DNA of 64,000 nt from Octopus vulgaris. Its lineage: Eukaryota. The notes under the pieces were generated by a model, which was not told the origin of the DNA, searched no databases, and saw only the letters and a list, made by a program, of their open reading frames with translations. Position 1 is the first letter of the stretch; each line of letters opens with the position of its first letter. The DNA lies in assembly GCA_951406725.2 (NCBI GenBank), contig OX597818.1, positions 930,001 to 994,000 of the forward strand. The letters run 5' to 3'. The translations under genes and the position numbers were made by a program. Of the stretch, positions 13,340 to 25,574 are shown one piece after another.

Positions 13340-13760
13340 TAACCACTTAACCAAGATGTGATGTAGTTTGGTTTCATGCTGGGGAGAAGCACTACTGATG
13401 CTGCCTTCATAATTCATCCACTGCAAGAGAATTATTTAACAAAAAATAAACCACTGTACTTGGCATTCATCAACTTGGAGAATGCATTTGACAGGGTGCC
13501 TTGCTCTCTCATCTGGTGGTTGCTACAGAAGCTAGGAATAGATGAACGGCTAGTAAGAGCCATTCAAGGCATGTACTGGTATGTAGTCAGAAAAGTGAGA
13601 TTTATCTATGAGTACAGTGATGAATTAAGTGTAGGAGTTTATCAGAGTTTGGTTATTAGTCCCCTCTTATTTATCATAGTCCCCTAGTCCATAACAGAAG
13701 AATTTAAGCCAGGCTCCTCATGGGAACTACTCCATGCTAATGAACTTGTGCTTATAGCTT
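13340..13760 (+). mobile_element. Degenerate RT fragment of the dominant RTE family
   Basis: GRSTTDAAF...LQENYLTKNKPLYLAFINLENAFDRVP...SPLLFII, homologous to ORF 60091-61446. Confidence 0.9.
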
Positions 13761-15445
13761 TGATTTCCCTTTATGATGAAACCATTAAGAACAATAGGAA
13801 GATGACCTCAATGCACCCATTCTTTTATTTCTTATGCATTTCTCCAAGACTGCCATCATTTCTATGTTACCTTGTCTTTGCGCATGTTGAACAGGTGTGC
13901 CTTGTTTGTACCCACCAACCTGCTGATACCTGGTGGTGGTGTCTTCTCTTAGAGTTTTCTTTGCCACTTCTTAGCCTTTTCCATTTCTGATGTCTTCTTT
14001 CTTCCTTTATCCTTTACTATTCTTGAGTTCCTTCTGTATCCATAGTATATATATGTGTAGACAAAACCACAGCTTGTCTGTTTGTCTGTCTATATAAGCA
14101 AGTACTGTGTAATACCATAATTGTTTCTAATTTAGGCACTATGCCAGTAATTATGATAAGTGGGTGTTAGTTGAAATCATCGATCCTAATATTTAACTGG
14201 TACTTTATACCATCCAAACGGTTTAATGGCAAAGTTGAACACTGTAATAGTGAAATAAAACAAAGTTACCTCCCTTACCTGCTGTGATCTAGATATGGCT
14301 ACATCATTTTATGTGAAAAAAGTTTTATGGAGAACAAAAACTACACAAATAAAAGAGAATTTTTTAATAACGATACTGATTAATGTATGTATTACTATTT
14401 CTCACAGGAAAAATTATTACTGGTGGTGGTGGGTTAGAGACGACAATAAATAAAAAAAATAATAAAAGCTTGCAGTTAGTTGAGGTGACCATTATTACTC
14501 CAAAAGCTACTCAAACTGCTTTCCAAAATACTACTACTGAATCTTTCCTCTCTGTGACTCTTTTAATGTTCACTTTTCTCTATTTTTGTATTTCATTCTA
14601 TGCACTGTGCATATACTTCGAGCTACCATTGCTGTCTTTCTATATTTTACTTATATATCTGCTGCCCTTTTAAAATTTTTCTGATGAGGTTTTGTTACAT
14701 GAGCCATGTATACATTAAGCTCGTTATTATTGTTATTATTTCAGTTGGAAGATGTAATCATGGAACGGCAGATAAAGGTATTTTTCAAGGTCAAATATGA
14801 ACATGACAAAACAATATTATTTTAGTGTTACTCTCCATTCACACTTTTAAAAACTTAACTAACCAACCAACCTTCCTGCTCCTCTGTCCATATTTTTTCT
14901 TACACAAGTCGAACTGCAAGGAGACCTGGAGTAGAGAGGTTGGGTCATTGATGAGGTTGCAAATGGTGATGAAAGGTGTAGCAGATTGATTGATTAATTG
15001 AACAATTCATCAAACGATAAAACTAGTGTGTGCATTTATTATTGGCATAAAGATCCACTTGAGACACAACAAAATCTGTTTCAGTTCAAAAGTTCACTTC
15101 AAGAATCTTGCAAACCAAATACAAAAACTCTTTATAGACCGGTTGGTGTGTTGTGTTCTTGAGTAAATTACTTCTCACATTACTCTGTAATCACTTTGAT
15201 GCCTGATATGTGATACACCATGCACCTGTTCAGGCAATGTCAATTTGAGGGAAGGTCTTCTGCCTCATAAATTCTTTACTTTATTTCCTACATGTTTACC
15301 CTTTTTTAATGGTAGTACTTTCTGTATGTGTGTGTGTATATATATATATAAACGATGATGATGATGTCATCTATCTCAAAAATAAGCACATTCTAAAGCA
15401 TAGAGCAGTAATATATTTATAAATAGTTCAGTCTATGTCTAGTCA

Positions 15446-17311
15446 TAGAGTGACCAATGGTGACAAATGTAACTCTTCACCTCTGGGAGGCAGGAATCTG
15501 TTACAGTCATTTGGTCAGCAGGAGGAGGCCAGTTGCTGTTGCAAAGTGTATAATGACTGTTCAGTTTGAGGCTGAGAGAGTCATCTATGAGACTGTGGTA
15601 ATACCCAGACCTAGAGACCATAGTAACAGCAGCAATGGATCATCTAACAATATTGGCAGCAATGACAGTGGCAGAAACACCAGCACTGATGCCAATGACT
15701 CCAGCACCAGCACTATGGCCAGAGAGGATGACCACACCAACACCAGCAGCACTAGCAAGGCTACTGGTCCCTCGCTCAACATTACCAACTACAGCACCCT
15801 CATCACCATCAGCAACAGTAGTGCCAGTGCCATGACCAGGGATGACTGCCACAATGACAACAGCCAGCCACAGCAATAACACTCATCATCATCATTGTTC
15901 GACCGTGGTCGAGACAATGGAATTTACCATGTTGCACCAGACTTCACGGTCCATCATAGCATTACGGAGGTCCTGTTGCTGGATGCCTGTATCCCTGGAG
16001 ATTACATCAGGGCAGGAGAGTGTGCGCCCTCTGGTGTTGCGAGTAGATGGCTTCCAGAGGAGAAGAGTAGAAATTACTTCTTTTTCAGCTCTACAACAAT
16101 GTCCAGCAAACTGGACTCTCCTACCCTTCATAAGAGATGACACAGGTGGTAATTTCCCATATATTTGCATTTTAGTTGGATGGCGCCTCCACGAGAGATT
16201 TTGAGCTCTCATAAGGAGGCGAGTGTAGGTTCCATCCAACCGCCTCTCAAGCTTCTTTGATAACGTCCAGGTTTCTGAGCCATATAGTAGGATTGGTTCG
16301 ACTGTGGCTTTGAATATTTCAAGTTTGAAGTCTCTACTTAGATTTGATGACCAGATCTTATGCATGTCATTACAGGCTGACCAGGCCATACCCTTTCTAG
16401 TTAGAAAGTCTTTTCCAGATGATGATATGTATGACCCAAGATATTTATAATCAGAAACCATATTTAAAGGTGCACTGTTGAGAGTGTGGATGATGCAATC
16501 ACTGTTGGACAGGCACTTGTTTATGTATTCAGTTTTGGTCTCATTAAGGTAAAGACCTACACAATTTGAGGCTTGTTCAAGAGATTGTAAAAGAGACTGG
16601 GCATTGGAGAGAGAATCACTGATAAGAGCGATGTTGTCAGCAAAGTCAGTGTCTGTCAAGTACTCAGCTGGGTGTCTGGACCCACACCTTGTAATGATAA
16701 CAGCTACACTGGTGGCAATAAAACTTCTCCAAGCCTGGAGCCAACTGAAGATGCACCAGTAATGTGAGCACAACCAATACTCAAGCCTAGAAATATATTG
16801 GGTCAGCCAGGACAGCCTTCAAGCAATGCCTGTACAACCACAGGTCCTCTTTCAAGATTTTTGAAAGATGGTTTGTCACATCTCTATCCAGCTGTGTGTG
16901 GTGCCTTAAAGATGAAGGGAGCCCATATGATATCAAATGGAGGATCTTAGAGTAGCCGGAATCTTACATTCACAGGAGCAAACACTGTAAGCTTTGTATA
17001 GCTTAGCAAGCAAAGATACTCAAAGAATCCCCGAAACCTGATCACTGAACACTCACTAGGAAATTTACAGTCCTTGTATCCATTTCAAACACTACCTGCT
17101 ACAAGCATAGGATTCCCTGTTCTCTGATTAGATTCAGAAGGGTCCTTATGATCCAAAAGCATCTTTGTTCCCCCTCTTTTGGCTCACAAAACACTGGTCT
17201 AAGGGAGATAGCCCATCCTCACTGATCCCAGACTGTTTAATCTTTGGTAACTAACTGACCAAATGACTGTAACAGATTCCTGCCTCCCAAAGCTGAAGAG
17301 TTACATTTGTC
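15446..17311 (+). mobile_element. 5'-truncated Penelope-like retroelement (GIY-YIG endonuclease remnant) bracketed by a 57-bp inverted repeat and interrupted by an RTE LINE
   Basis: Inverted repeat 15462-15518 / 17255-17311 (55/57). Cys-rich CCCKVYNDC precedes VIY (15580-15588). From 16791 the frame reads KYIGSARTAFKQCLYNHRSSFK...TSLSSCVWCLKDEGSPYDIKWRIL...KHCKLCIA, matching the C-terminal GIY-YIG of Penelope-like elements. Confidence 0.8.
15882..16696 (-). mobile_element. 5'-truncated RTE-clade LINE (different family, no PHD insert) with an open C-terminal RT/thumb ORF and (TGA)n tail
   Basis: RHPAEYLTDTDFADNIAL...GLYLNETKT...YKYLGS...LLYGSETW...RRVQFAGHC. Possible ATAACA target duplication at 15876-15881 / 16697-16702. 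Confidence 0.93.
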
Positions 17312-17329
17312 TCTGGCTTGCCAGAGTGG

Positions 17330-17653
17330 CTATCTGGCCTCTATGCCGGTGGCACGTAAAAAACACCATTTGAGCGGGATCGTTACCAGCATCGCCTTAC
17401 TGGCACTCGTACCGGTGGCATGTGTAAAAGATTCGAGCGAGGTCATTGCCAGTGCTGCCTGACTGGCCCCGTGCTGGTGGCACGTAAAAACACCCACTAC
17501 ACTCTCAGAGTGGTTGGCATTAGGAAGGGCATCCAGCTGTAGAAACTCTGCCAGGTCAAGATTGAAGCCTGGTGCAGCCATCTGGTTTGCCAGCCCTCAG
17601 TCATATGTCCAACCCATGCTAGCATGGAAAGCGGACATTAAACGATGATGATA
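17330..17653 (+). mobile_element. 3' UTR/tail-only copy of the dominant RTE family
   Basis: Matches 28430-28800 and 37640-38030, including gagtggttggcattaggaagggcatccagctgtagaaac...catgctagcatggaaa and the (GAT)n tail. Confidence 0.9.
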
Positions 17654-17654
17654 T

Positions 17655-17960
17655 ATATCATCATCTTCGATTAACATCCTCTTTCCATACTGGCATGGGT
17701 TGAATGGTTTGACAGGAGCTGGCCATGCCGGAGCCTGCACCATGCTTCTCTGTGTGTTTTGGCATGGTTTTTATGGCTGGATGCCAACCAACCATTCTGT
17801 AGTGTGGGCTGACTGCCTTTCATGTGGCACTCACACAGGTGGGGGTCAGTTTGGGCGTGGTTTTTACAGCTGGATGGCTTTCCTAAAGCCAACCACTCTA
17901 CAGTGTGTACTGGGTTTTTTTCTTAGTGTGTGTGACTTCAGCACTGAGGTCATCAGAGTA
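17655..17960 (-). mobile_element. Older related RTE 3'-end/SINE-like copy, tail-to-tail with the previous one
   Basis: catcatc...ttccatactggcatgggttgaatggtttgacagg...gctggatggctttcctaaagccaaccac is the reverse complement of the same tail consensus. Confidence 0.75.
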
Positions 17961-18089
17961 AAGGTTAAGAAAAAACTTTGCATCTGAGTAGGAGTGTATT
18001 TGAGAGAGGGTGAGATAGGTTTATGTGAAATATTGAAGGCTAAAGTACACCCACCCACCCACACAAAGGTATACACTCACACATATATA

Positions 18090-18482
18090 AGATAATAAAA
18101 TAAATGGTTGATACCTTGTAGCTTACTGGTAAAGCATGACACTTTCTCAGTGTTCATTGGTTAATGAGAGATGAAAGACAGAAGGTAAAAGAATTTTTAT
18201 TAATCACTACAATTGTTTCAACTCATCTAGCATCGATCCCCCACAGGTGGGATACTTAACAACTGGTTCAGGAGCATCTGACAATGCAGACGTATCTCTT
18301 TGGATGATAAATAAATATAACTTGTTAAAATAACAGCTCCACAATGTATCTTCTCAGGTCACTTAAGGAAAAGCAGCAAATTAATTATCCCAACCATGAG
18401 GGATCGATGTTAGATGGGTCAAAACAGTTGTAATGATTAACAAAAATTCTCATATCTTCCATCTTCTGTCTTTCATTAACCA
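18090..18482 (-). mobile_element. Inverted-repeat-plus-tail element (~97-bp arms 18158-18254 / 18386-18482), probable Penelope-like pLTR remnant
   Basis: Diverged reverse-complement arms. The minus strand has GAAACAATTGTA (18208-18219), resembling the 3' half of a Penelope-type hammerhead. Confidence 0.6.
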
Positions 18483-18908
18483 TATGTGTGTGTGTGTGTA
18501 CATATATTTATATATAGAGAGAGAAATTAAAAAGAAAGATAGTGAGAGAGAAAGAGAGCAGTGTGACATCCCATTCACCCAAATACTACTACAAAACATC
18601 AAACTGAAGAGATCATTGCTAACTATAGTTTTATTAGGGCAAGCTAAACTATCTAACCATATATTACATTACAAATAAGTCTCTAAAAGTCTATTAAAAT
18701 ACCAATCTTCATGCATTCAGCTGTGTGCCAGAATTTTAACTTTCATGACAGACATCATGGTGATTAATGATCTTCAGAAGTATAACTAGTCAGGTATGAC
18801 ATGACTCACTTGTAAAACCTGTTCCATAAGTAAGGTGCATAGGTAATTACTAGATGTCTTATGTCTATTTATATTCTAGCAATGACAACATTAAAATAAA
18901 AGAACATA

Positions 18909-19129
18909 CAGGGTTGGCCAAAAGTCACCTGACAGTAAATCAAAACCATTTAATTCCAAGATTTATTTATGTTTAACAACTGAATGAATTTAATAAAAGC
19001 TTCTAAATATGAAACATCATGAACATTGTTCAAACTGAAATCCTTCTTGAATGACACACTTTTCCATTCGAGTATAGATAGTATTTATGGAATTTTGATT
19101 TGCTGTCAGGTAATTTTTGGTCAACCCTG
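18909..19129. mobile_element. Tc1/mariner-type MITE, 221 bp
   Basis: TA-cagggttggccaaaagtcacctgacagtaaatcaaaa ... ttttgatttgctgtcaggtaatttttggtcaaccctg-TA. Confidence 0.88.
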
Positions 19130-20084
19130 TATATTTGCATGAGGGATTCACAGAGTGTCTAGTCATGGGGGTGTCATTATATAAGTAAACTAAGGTTTGA
19201 CACTTCAAATCATCCAGTCAGCAGTGGTGTGTTGCATTCTTGATAAATAAACTTAATTCTAGCTTCTTCAGTTCCTTTAGCTGTAAATAGGTACCTGGAG
19301 GAGGTACTCCTCTTTATTGCAACTACCTATTGCTTTATACAATAGGTTTCATAGTTTTTGATGACCTTTCCTGGTAATTTCACAGATGTTATACAGTAAG
19401 AAAATACACCCCCAAAGCCAGTCTTCCTCTTCAGAACCAGAGTACTTCAGTTCTTATTAATTGGCCTTTTACAAAGTTACATTGCTCAGATATCTGAGCT
19501 AGTGGTACCTCCCCACACACATTCTGGACCACATTCCAAGGAAGGCATATTCCAATGAATGGCAAGAGCATACCAACAAATTTTAACCTCTGATCCACAG
19601 ATGTGCATCTTGCCTTCCAGGAACCACATTAATCCAGATAGAATACTTAGACTAAATAGAACAAATCAATTAGAGCTCTAGGACAAATAGTTAGACAGCT
19701 GACTAAATAGATAGACCTCTAGTCTAAATACAATACAGTAATCATGTCATTTTGAGTTCACTTCTAACTGCTATCCACTTTGATTTTCAGTATTTTTATT
19801 ATCAATAATACACTAATGTTGATTAAGTTGGTTACAGTCATTTTCCTAAAAATATTTTCTGCTTAAGGAATAACTCCTTGTAATCTATCACATACAGAAG
19901 ATGTTATTTAAAAACTTTTGGAGTTATAGGAACATTAAATTAATATCTGGTTTTCTGAAAAATAAAATATGTAAATAAATATTTGTTAAATTAACAAAAA
20001 TAAGATAAATTAATTTCAATGAAACTATGAAATACTACTAAAGATACATTTTATTATAATAATTCCTTGTTTTAATTGGCTACA

Positions 20085-21100
20085 GGAACGATATTCTGAG
20101 TGGTTGACATTCTGATGAAGAAGGACTTAATCTGGAGTAAGGGTCACAATATGAAAAAGTGAGTGTGATTTGAGAAGGCCTGAGGAGTTATGTAGAAGTT
20201 ATGAGAACAGCTAGCTCTGAGGAGCAGAGGCCATTGTTGTAGTGATAGAAAAGGTAGAGGTGAAATACAGCTCATCTAAGTACTAGAGAGTGGAATGCCA
20301 GTTAGGTGGACCATCTTTGGATGTGGTCAAGAATATTCATGTGTGTAGCAGCAGCACTTTTTCACAGCTTTGTAATGGATTAGTAGTTGATGGATTATGA
20401 AGTACCTTCTGGTCCTGAAGGAGAAAGATCACTCTTTGTACTGCAGTTTTGACTATGTTTGAGGATGTGTTTTACCAGAAGAGAACCTGAATAATAATGA
20501 GACATAAGTATATGAAGTGACCTTGAGTGGGTTTTAATTGTGTGTTATTTATATTTGTAGAAGGTCATTAATGTTTTCTTGATATATGTTGTGGTTGTGT
20601 TTAAGTTGTTGAGAGAGACAATATGGGCATGACATCCCTGGAGGATGTTTCCAACATCTCTGTGTATGAAGTCAGTAAGGTTTGGTGTCAATTGTTATGT
20701 TGCCTGTGGATGATACTTGTGGGTGGAAAGTTAAAGACGAGTGATGGATGGGCTCATCTTCATAGAAGAAGGCATTCTTGGAAGGATAACAAAACCAATC
20801 ATTGCATAACACCAGAATTAATAAAGTGTATATCAGAGAGAGTTTCATGAGTATATGCCATGGATAGTTTGATTCAACAGAAAGCCACTGATCCAAAAGA
20901 CAATGGAATCCATAAATGGGAAATTTTACTTGGAGATTTGTGTGTGGCAGACTATCAAAATGTTTTAGTTGTCATGAATATTGTTTACACTAAATTTTTC
21001 AAGGACAAGAACCTATTAATGGGTAACAAAGGTGAATATGCGTCCAATAGGTTAGACTTTTGAGAAGCTGTATAGGTGGGGGTGGGGCATTAAAGAAGGA
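20085..21100 (-). mobile_element. Highly degenerate CR1/Jockey-group LINE RT fragment
   Basis: Minus-strand remnants KTFDSLPH...YGF, INSGV(M)Q and LYLFYHYNNGLCSSE (C-terminal motif); many indels. Confidence 0.55.
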
Positions 21101-21631
21101 GAGATTTGTATTATCAGGGTGTTGATGGTACAGATCTCAAAATAAATAGAAATTCAACAAGAACAAAAGAAAAAAATTTCAAAATACCACAAATTCTAAG
21201 ATTATAAATTTTCAAATCCTGGCTAGTACTATATAGGCCTACATGAATAAGACACCTATTGATAATTGGAGATCAAAGTGATTAAAATGTTGTCTAGATG
21301 ATGTAAATATTGAACATTTTTTAATTTGTGAAGATGAGGTTAATTGTCCAAAAGATTATTCATGTCAGATATTCAACCATTTAAAACAAATTTATTAAAC
21401 AAAGATTATTAAAATAACTAAAAAAAATTTTTCGAAGTAGATAAACAATATTTAAGTTACAAAAATCAATATTTTTACCGTTATACTTCAAAATTACAAA
21501 GAAAATTATTTGACTTTTTTTTATGTTAATCCAAATGCAGATAAATTAAGTATAGAGGAATGACAAGTTTTGGTATATTTTCCCAAAATTACAACAAAGA
21601 AGTAGAAATGGAGCAAATAATTTGTGAAACA

Positions 21632-21745
21632 AAAAAAGATTTATCTCATGAGAATTAACAATAATTTAAACTGTTTGTTTAAATTATTGTTAATTCTCAT
21701 GAGATAAATCTTTTTTCAGTGACTTATAAACAGTGACTTATAAAC
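21632..21745. repeat. Perfect 40-bp-arm palindrome (5-nt loop) followed by a 14-bp tandem duplication
   Basis: 21632-21671 is the exact reverse complement of 21677-21716; then (cagtgacttataaa)x2. Confidence 0.9.
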
Positions 21746-23256
21746 AAAGAGATACAAGGGACAGGAAAAGTGAAATGAAATGCTACAAAAAACGCAGAAA
21801 TCTTAATACAATAAGAGATAATATAGCAAAATAATTGGTCTTTTGAAGACACCAGGTAGGTACAGCTTATAAGTACATGTCATAATCACAATTGTTATCT
21901 TTTCGTGTTTGCTTTTCCATACTGGCTTGGTGTTCAACAGATAATCAATGTTCAGGTTGGCTTTTATTTGAAATTAGTCCCAGATGCATCAGAAGCTACA
22001 TCTCCCTTCCCTCCACCTTTCTCTCTCTCTCTCTCTCTCTCTCATACATTTCATTTTTTGGCATGGCTTCTGACCAGATGCTCTTTCTAACATGAACCAT
22101 TTCACAGGGTGTACTGGATACATTTTATCATGGCACCTCACCATGAGAGAAATTGTCCTGTCTCTAGCAAGACTGAAGAATCCCATCTGTCTTACCATGT
22201 CTCTGTTAATTTATTGATGCCAGAAAGTTTGTCTTGTCCTCAACAAAACTAAAAAAAAAACACTCCCTTCCTTGTCTTGTTCCTTTCTTTTCCACATATC
22301 TGCATGTGGCTTTATGTCATAGGGAAGTTAAACTATCAGGAAGTAGTAAAGAAAAGTGGCTGCCTCTATTTTTGTGTATAGGGGTAGTCTGGTATGGTAG
22401 GAAATTTTGTTGAGAGATAACTCCGAGCCCCTTCTGACACCATACTTTAGTTGTATGGGTTGGCCTAGAGCTAATCAACAACAACAAAGAAAATATAAAT
22501 TCTAAATTCTCATCCTTTTAACCTTTTGTTTGGCACAGTTCATGATTTCCATAAAGTAATTCAAAATAAATAAAAACATTAAACATCCTCATGAATTTTT
22601 TAATTGTTACACATCATATTTTCTCCCAGCTAACTAAATAACAACAAACACAAAGTGATGACATTGAAACTTTGGACAATGAATTAGTAATAGTCGTAAC
22701 TAAAACAGCTGAAGACAACAGGGAAAACATGTGATAGAAATAACAACAAACAAATTGTTTCAGGAAACCCTGGCTATGACTGAAAAAGAAAAAAAAAAAC
22801 TGGAAATAAAGTGAACTAGACATAAGATAGAAATAGCAGTATAAAAAGAAAACAATGTGATGACATAAAAAACTACAACATGAACATCTAAGAAACAATA
22901 ATTCAAGAAGGATGGAGTGAACTTAATTTTGTAAAATCGAAAATAAACCAATTTGATCCAGGGCTGTACTTTGAGTTGCTAATATAACTCCATATCTAGA
23001 TTCCAATCCTTTATTTTTCCCTGGTAAAAGACTGGTACACCAAACTTCCTCTGTCTTAGATAAAACTGCATGTATCAGGTGTCCATCTTGTATTTGATTA
23101 CCAATTATTTTTTTCAATAAAATACTTAAAGGAAAAGTGACCATAACTTTTACAGAACTTCTTTCATTGGTGAGGATAGTACACTTGTTCTTGTGATGTC
23201 TATTGAGAAAGCGTGGGTTGGATTGTTTTGAGATTGATGAAGAGAAAAGTGATGTA

Positions 23257-24265
23257 TGAGGGTTGGTTGAAAAGTTCATTGGCTGACCATGATACTCTCA
23301 TGGAATGTGAGCAAATGAGGTTTATTTTTCAACATAGACCCCCTTGGCAGTCTACACTCTTCTTCCATTGGTGTTGAAGTACTTGGATCCAATTAGTAAA
23401 AAAGTCAACAGCATATATGACATCATCATTGCTGTGATGCTGGTTCCCAGCCAAGTGTTATTTCATGTTGGGGAACAAATGATACTCAGATGGGGCCAAG
23501 GAAGTGTGATAAACCAATTCAAAGACACAGTCAAGCACAGCAGCCACTGAAACCAAGGATTTGTGTGCTGGAGCATTTTCCTGATGAAACAAAACCCCTT
23601 TCATCAGTTTTCCTCGGGGTTTTATCTTAACCGTTTGTAACTGCCTTGGCAAGTTAACATAGTACTATCCATTGATAGTGTGGCCCCTTTGAAGATAATA
23701 AACACAATTACTTTTGTATCCTAATAAACTGAAGCCATCACCTTCCCTGCTGAAGAAACGACCTTGGTCTTCCTTGGAGGTGTGCAAAATATTCTCAACT
23801 CTTTCACAGGATACACTAATAGCATTGGCTATTTCATTATCTGTTATCCATCACCAAGTGGTGAACACAATCAATGCTTTCCTCAGTGGTGGCAGTTGCA
23901 GGACGTCCAGACCTTGGGTCAGCTTCAAGACTCTCCCTTTGTCTCCTAAATTCAGCTACCCACTTTTGCACTGTTGATAAAGTTGAAGCATTATCCCTTA
24001 ATGTTGCAACCATATCAGCATAAATATCCTTGGAGGCTAAATCCTTTTTCTGCAGGTACATGATAAAACCACCATGCTAAATTTTGTCCATTTTCAAGAG
24101 AAGTCACTACTAGTTACATTTGAAGTGTTCTTTGAACAGTCAGATGTCAGTTTACCTGGAAAGAAACAATGCTGTTATCATTGAGAAGGGAGTTGAAATG
24201 AATGTGCAAGGTTTCACAGCTCTAGTATTACTCCTTCATAGTCAGCCTATGAACTTTTCAGTCCA
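23257..24265 (-). mobile_element. Internally deleted mariner transposon (second family)
   Basis: TIR remnants tgagggttggttgaaaagttcattggctgac / gtcagcctatgaacttttca, with TA at the left flank. Transposase pieces STVQKWVAEFRRQRESLEADPRSGRP and GVLFHQENAPAH...LAPSEYHLFPNMK. Confidence 0.92.
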
Positions 24266-24685
24266 TGGATGGACTTGCTTCAGAATGTTAATGAGTGAAA
24301 GGCTTTCAAGCTGACAGGAAAATTTTGTTTTTATGTAAGCTAAAATATTTATGCAAGTAGCAGCTGTTCTGTTTCAGCTAATGCAAACAATATTCTAATA
24401 CACGTCAAACTGGGTGTGATACTAGTAAGTCAGTAACTATGTCAGTGCATAAATAATTTCTAACCTTACTGAACAAGTGTCTGATCTTTCAGGTGCAGTT
24501 TTAGATACTATTAATGCATGTGGTTGCTGTGAAAGATTATCAGAGGAGGTCCAGGCTTTGTTTCAATGTTGTAATACTTGCAGGTTATTTGTAAACAAGG
24601 ACAGTGTAGATTTGTTGATGTGTTTCATTAACATGTCTAACGACTGTGACATGTTGCAGAATGAGGAGGTCACCAATATGCTGTA

Positions 24686-24880
24686 AAATTATATGGGTTA
24701 CAATGCTGTCTTCTAATATGCAGTAAAGTTATATGGTTTACAATATCTTCTTATGGGCAATATGGTCAAATGGGTTACAAATTACATTCTAATAGGTGGT
24801 ATCCTTATATATGGTTCTGAATGACACCTTCTGATGGGTACTGTTGTTAGATATGTTAAAATGCTATCCTCATCAGAAAC
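24686..24880. repeat. Degenerate minisatellite, ~38-bp period, about 5 units
   Basis: Recurrent atatgg(g/t)ttacaat...ttct(a/g)atgg motif. Confidence 0.55.
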
Positions 24881-25434
24881 TGTTAATTACTGAATTATTT
24901 GAACCCATTTTATTTCAGCTATGGTAACTAATGCCCTGAAAAAAGACAAGAGTTTCACAAGGTTATGTTTTGTCACTCTTTTCATTGACTTTGTAAAAAT
25001 AAATTTGCAAAATAAAGTCAAGGAATAATCTAGGCTAACTTTCATTGGAAGGGAAGTGTAGGTTTATAAACTACAAAGAATTTGGTGCTTAATACAATTA
25101 AGAGGACTTTGGCAAAATAACCTCTTGTTATAAAGCTTTTGAGCTTCTAGGCCCTAATTATAACATTGCAAAACATTTTAGAAGTGACCCTCAGGTTTTG
25201 GATATGAAATTTTATCACACTCAAATATCTCAATATATTGACATATTCAAGTTATCTTGACACTTATAGGAGGGTCCATCTTATTTTAGGAATATATTTT
25301 TTAGAGCTTCCAATATGCTGACACATCTGTGGCAGAGTGGGGCTCAATGATACAGATCATTATGTTGTGGAGTCATCAATGATCAACTGTGATCACTTAA
25401 TAGAGGATTTCCTTTTACCAGTTCCTGGAAGTAG

Positions 25435-25477
<43 letters not shown>

Positions 25478-25574
25478 ATGATGTATGTATGTGTGTGTGT
25501 GTGTGTGTATTTATGTATGTTTACAAGCACATGTTGTCATTGCTATCTCTTTTATTAAGAATAGTGGTCTTTTT

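Noticed and set aside
15555-15580. Two TGA codons near the Cys-rich motif of the Penelope-like element (possible selenocysteine, as reported for some Naiad elements)
   Set aside because: They do not fall at expected Cys positions, are easily explained by CGA>TGA decay, the copy also has TAG stops and frameshifts, and no SECIS was recognised.
15457-15879. Ser/Thr-rich 140-aa ORF as a host mucin-like gene
   Set aside because: It starts inside the inverted repeat and belongs to the Penelope-like remnant.
24477-24686. Cys-containing 69-aa ORF after a tttcag acceptor-like site
   Set aside because: No recognisable domain or partner exons; could be chance or old TE debris.
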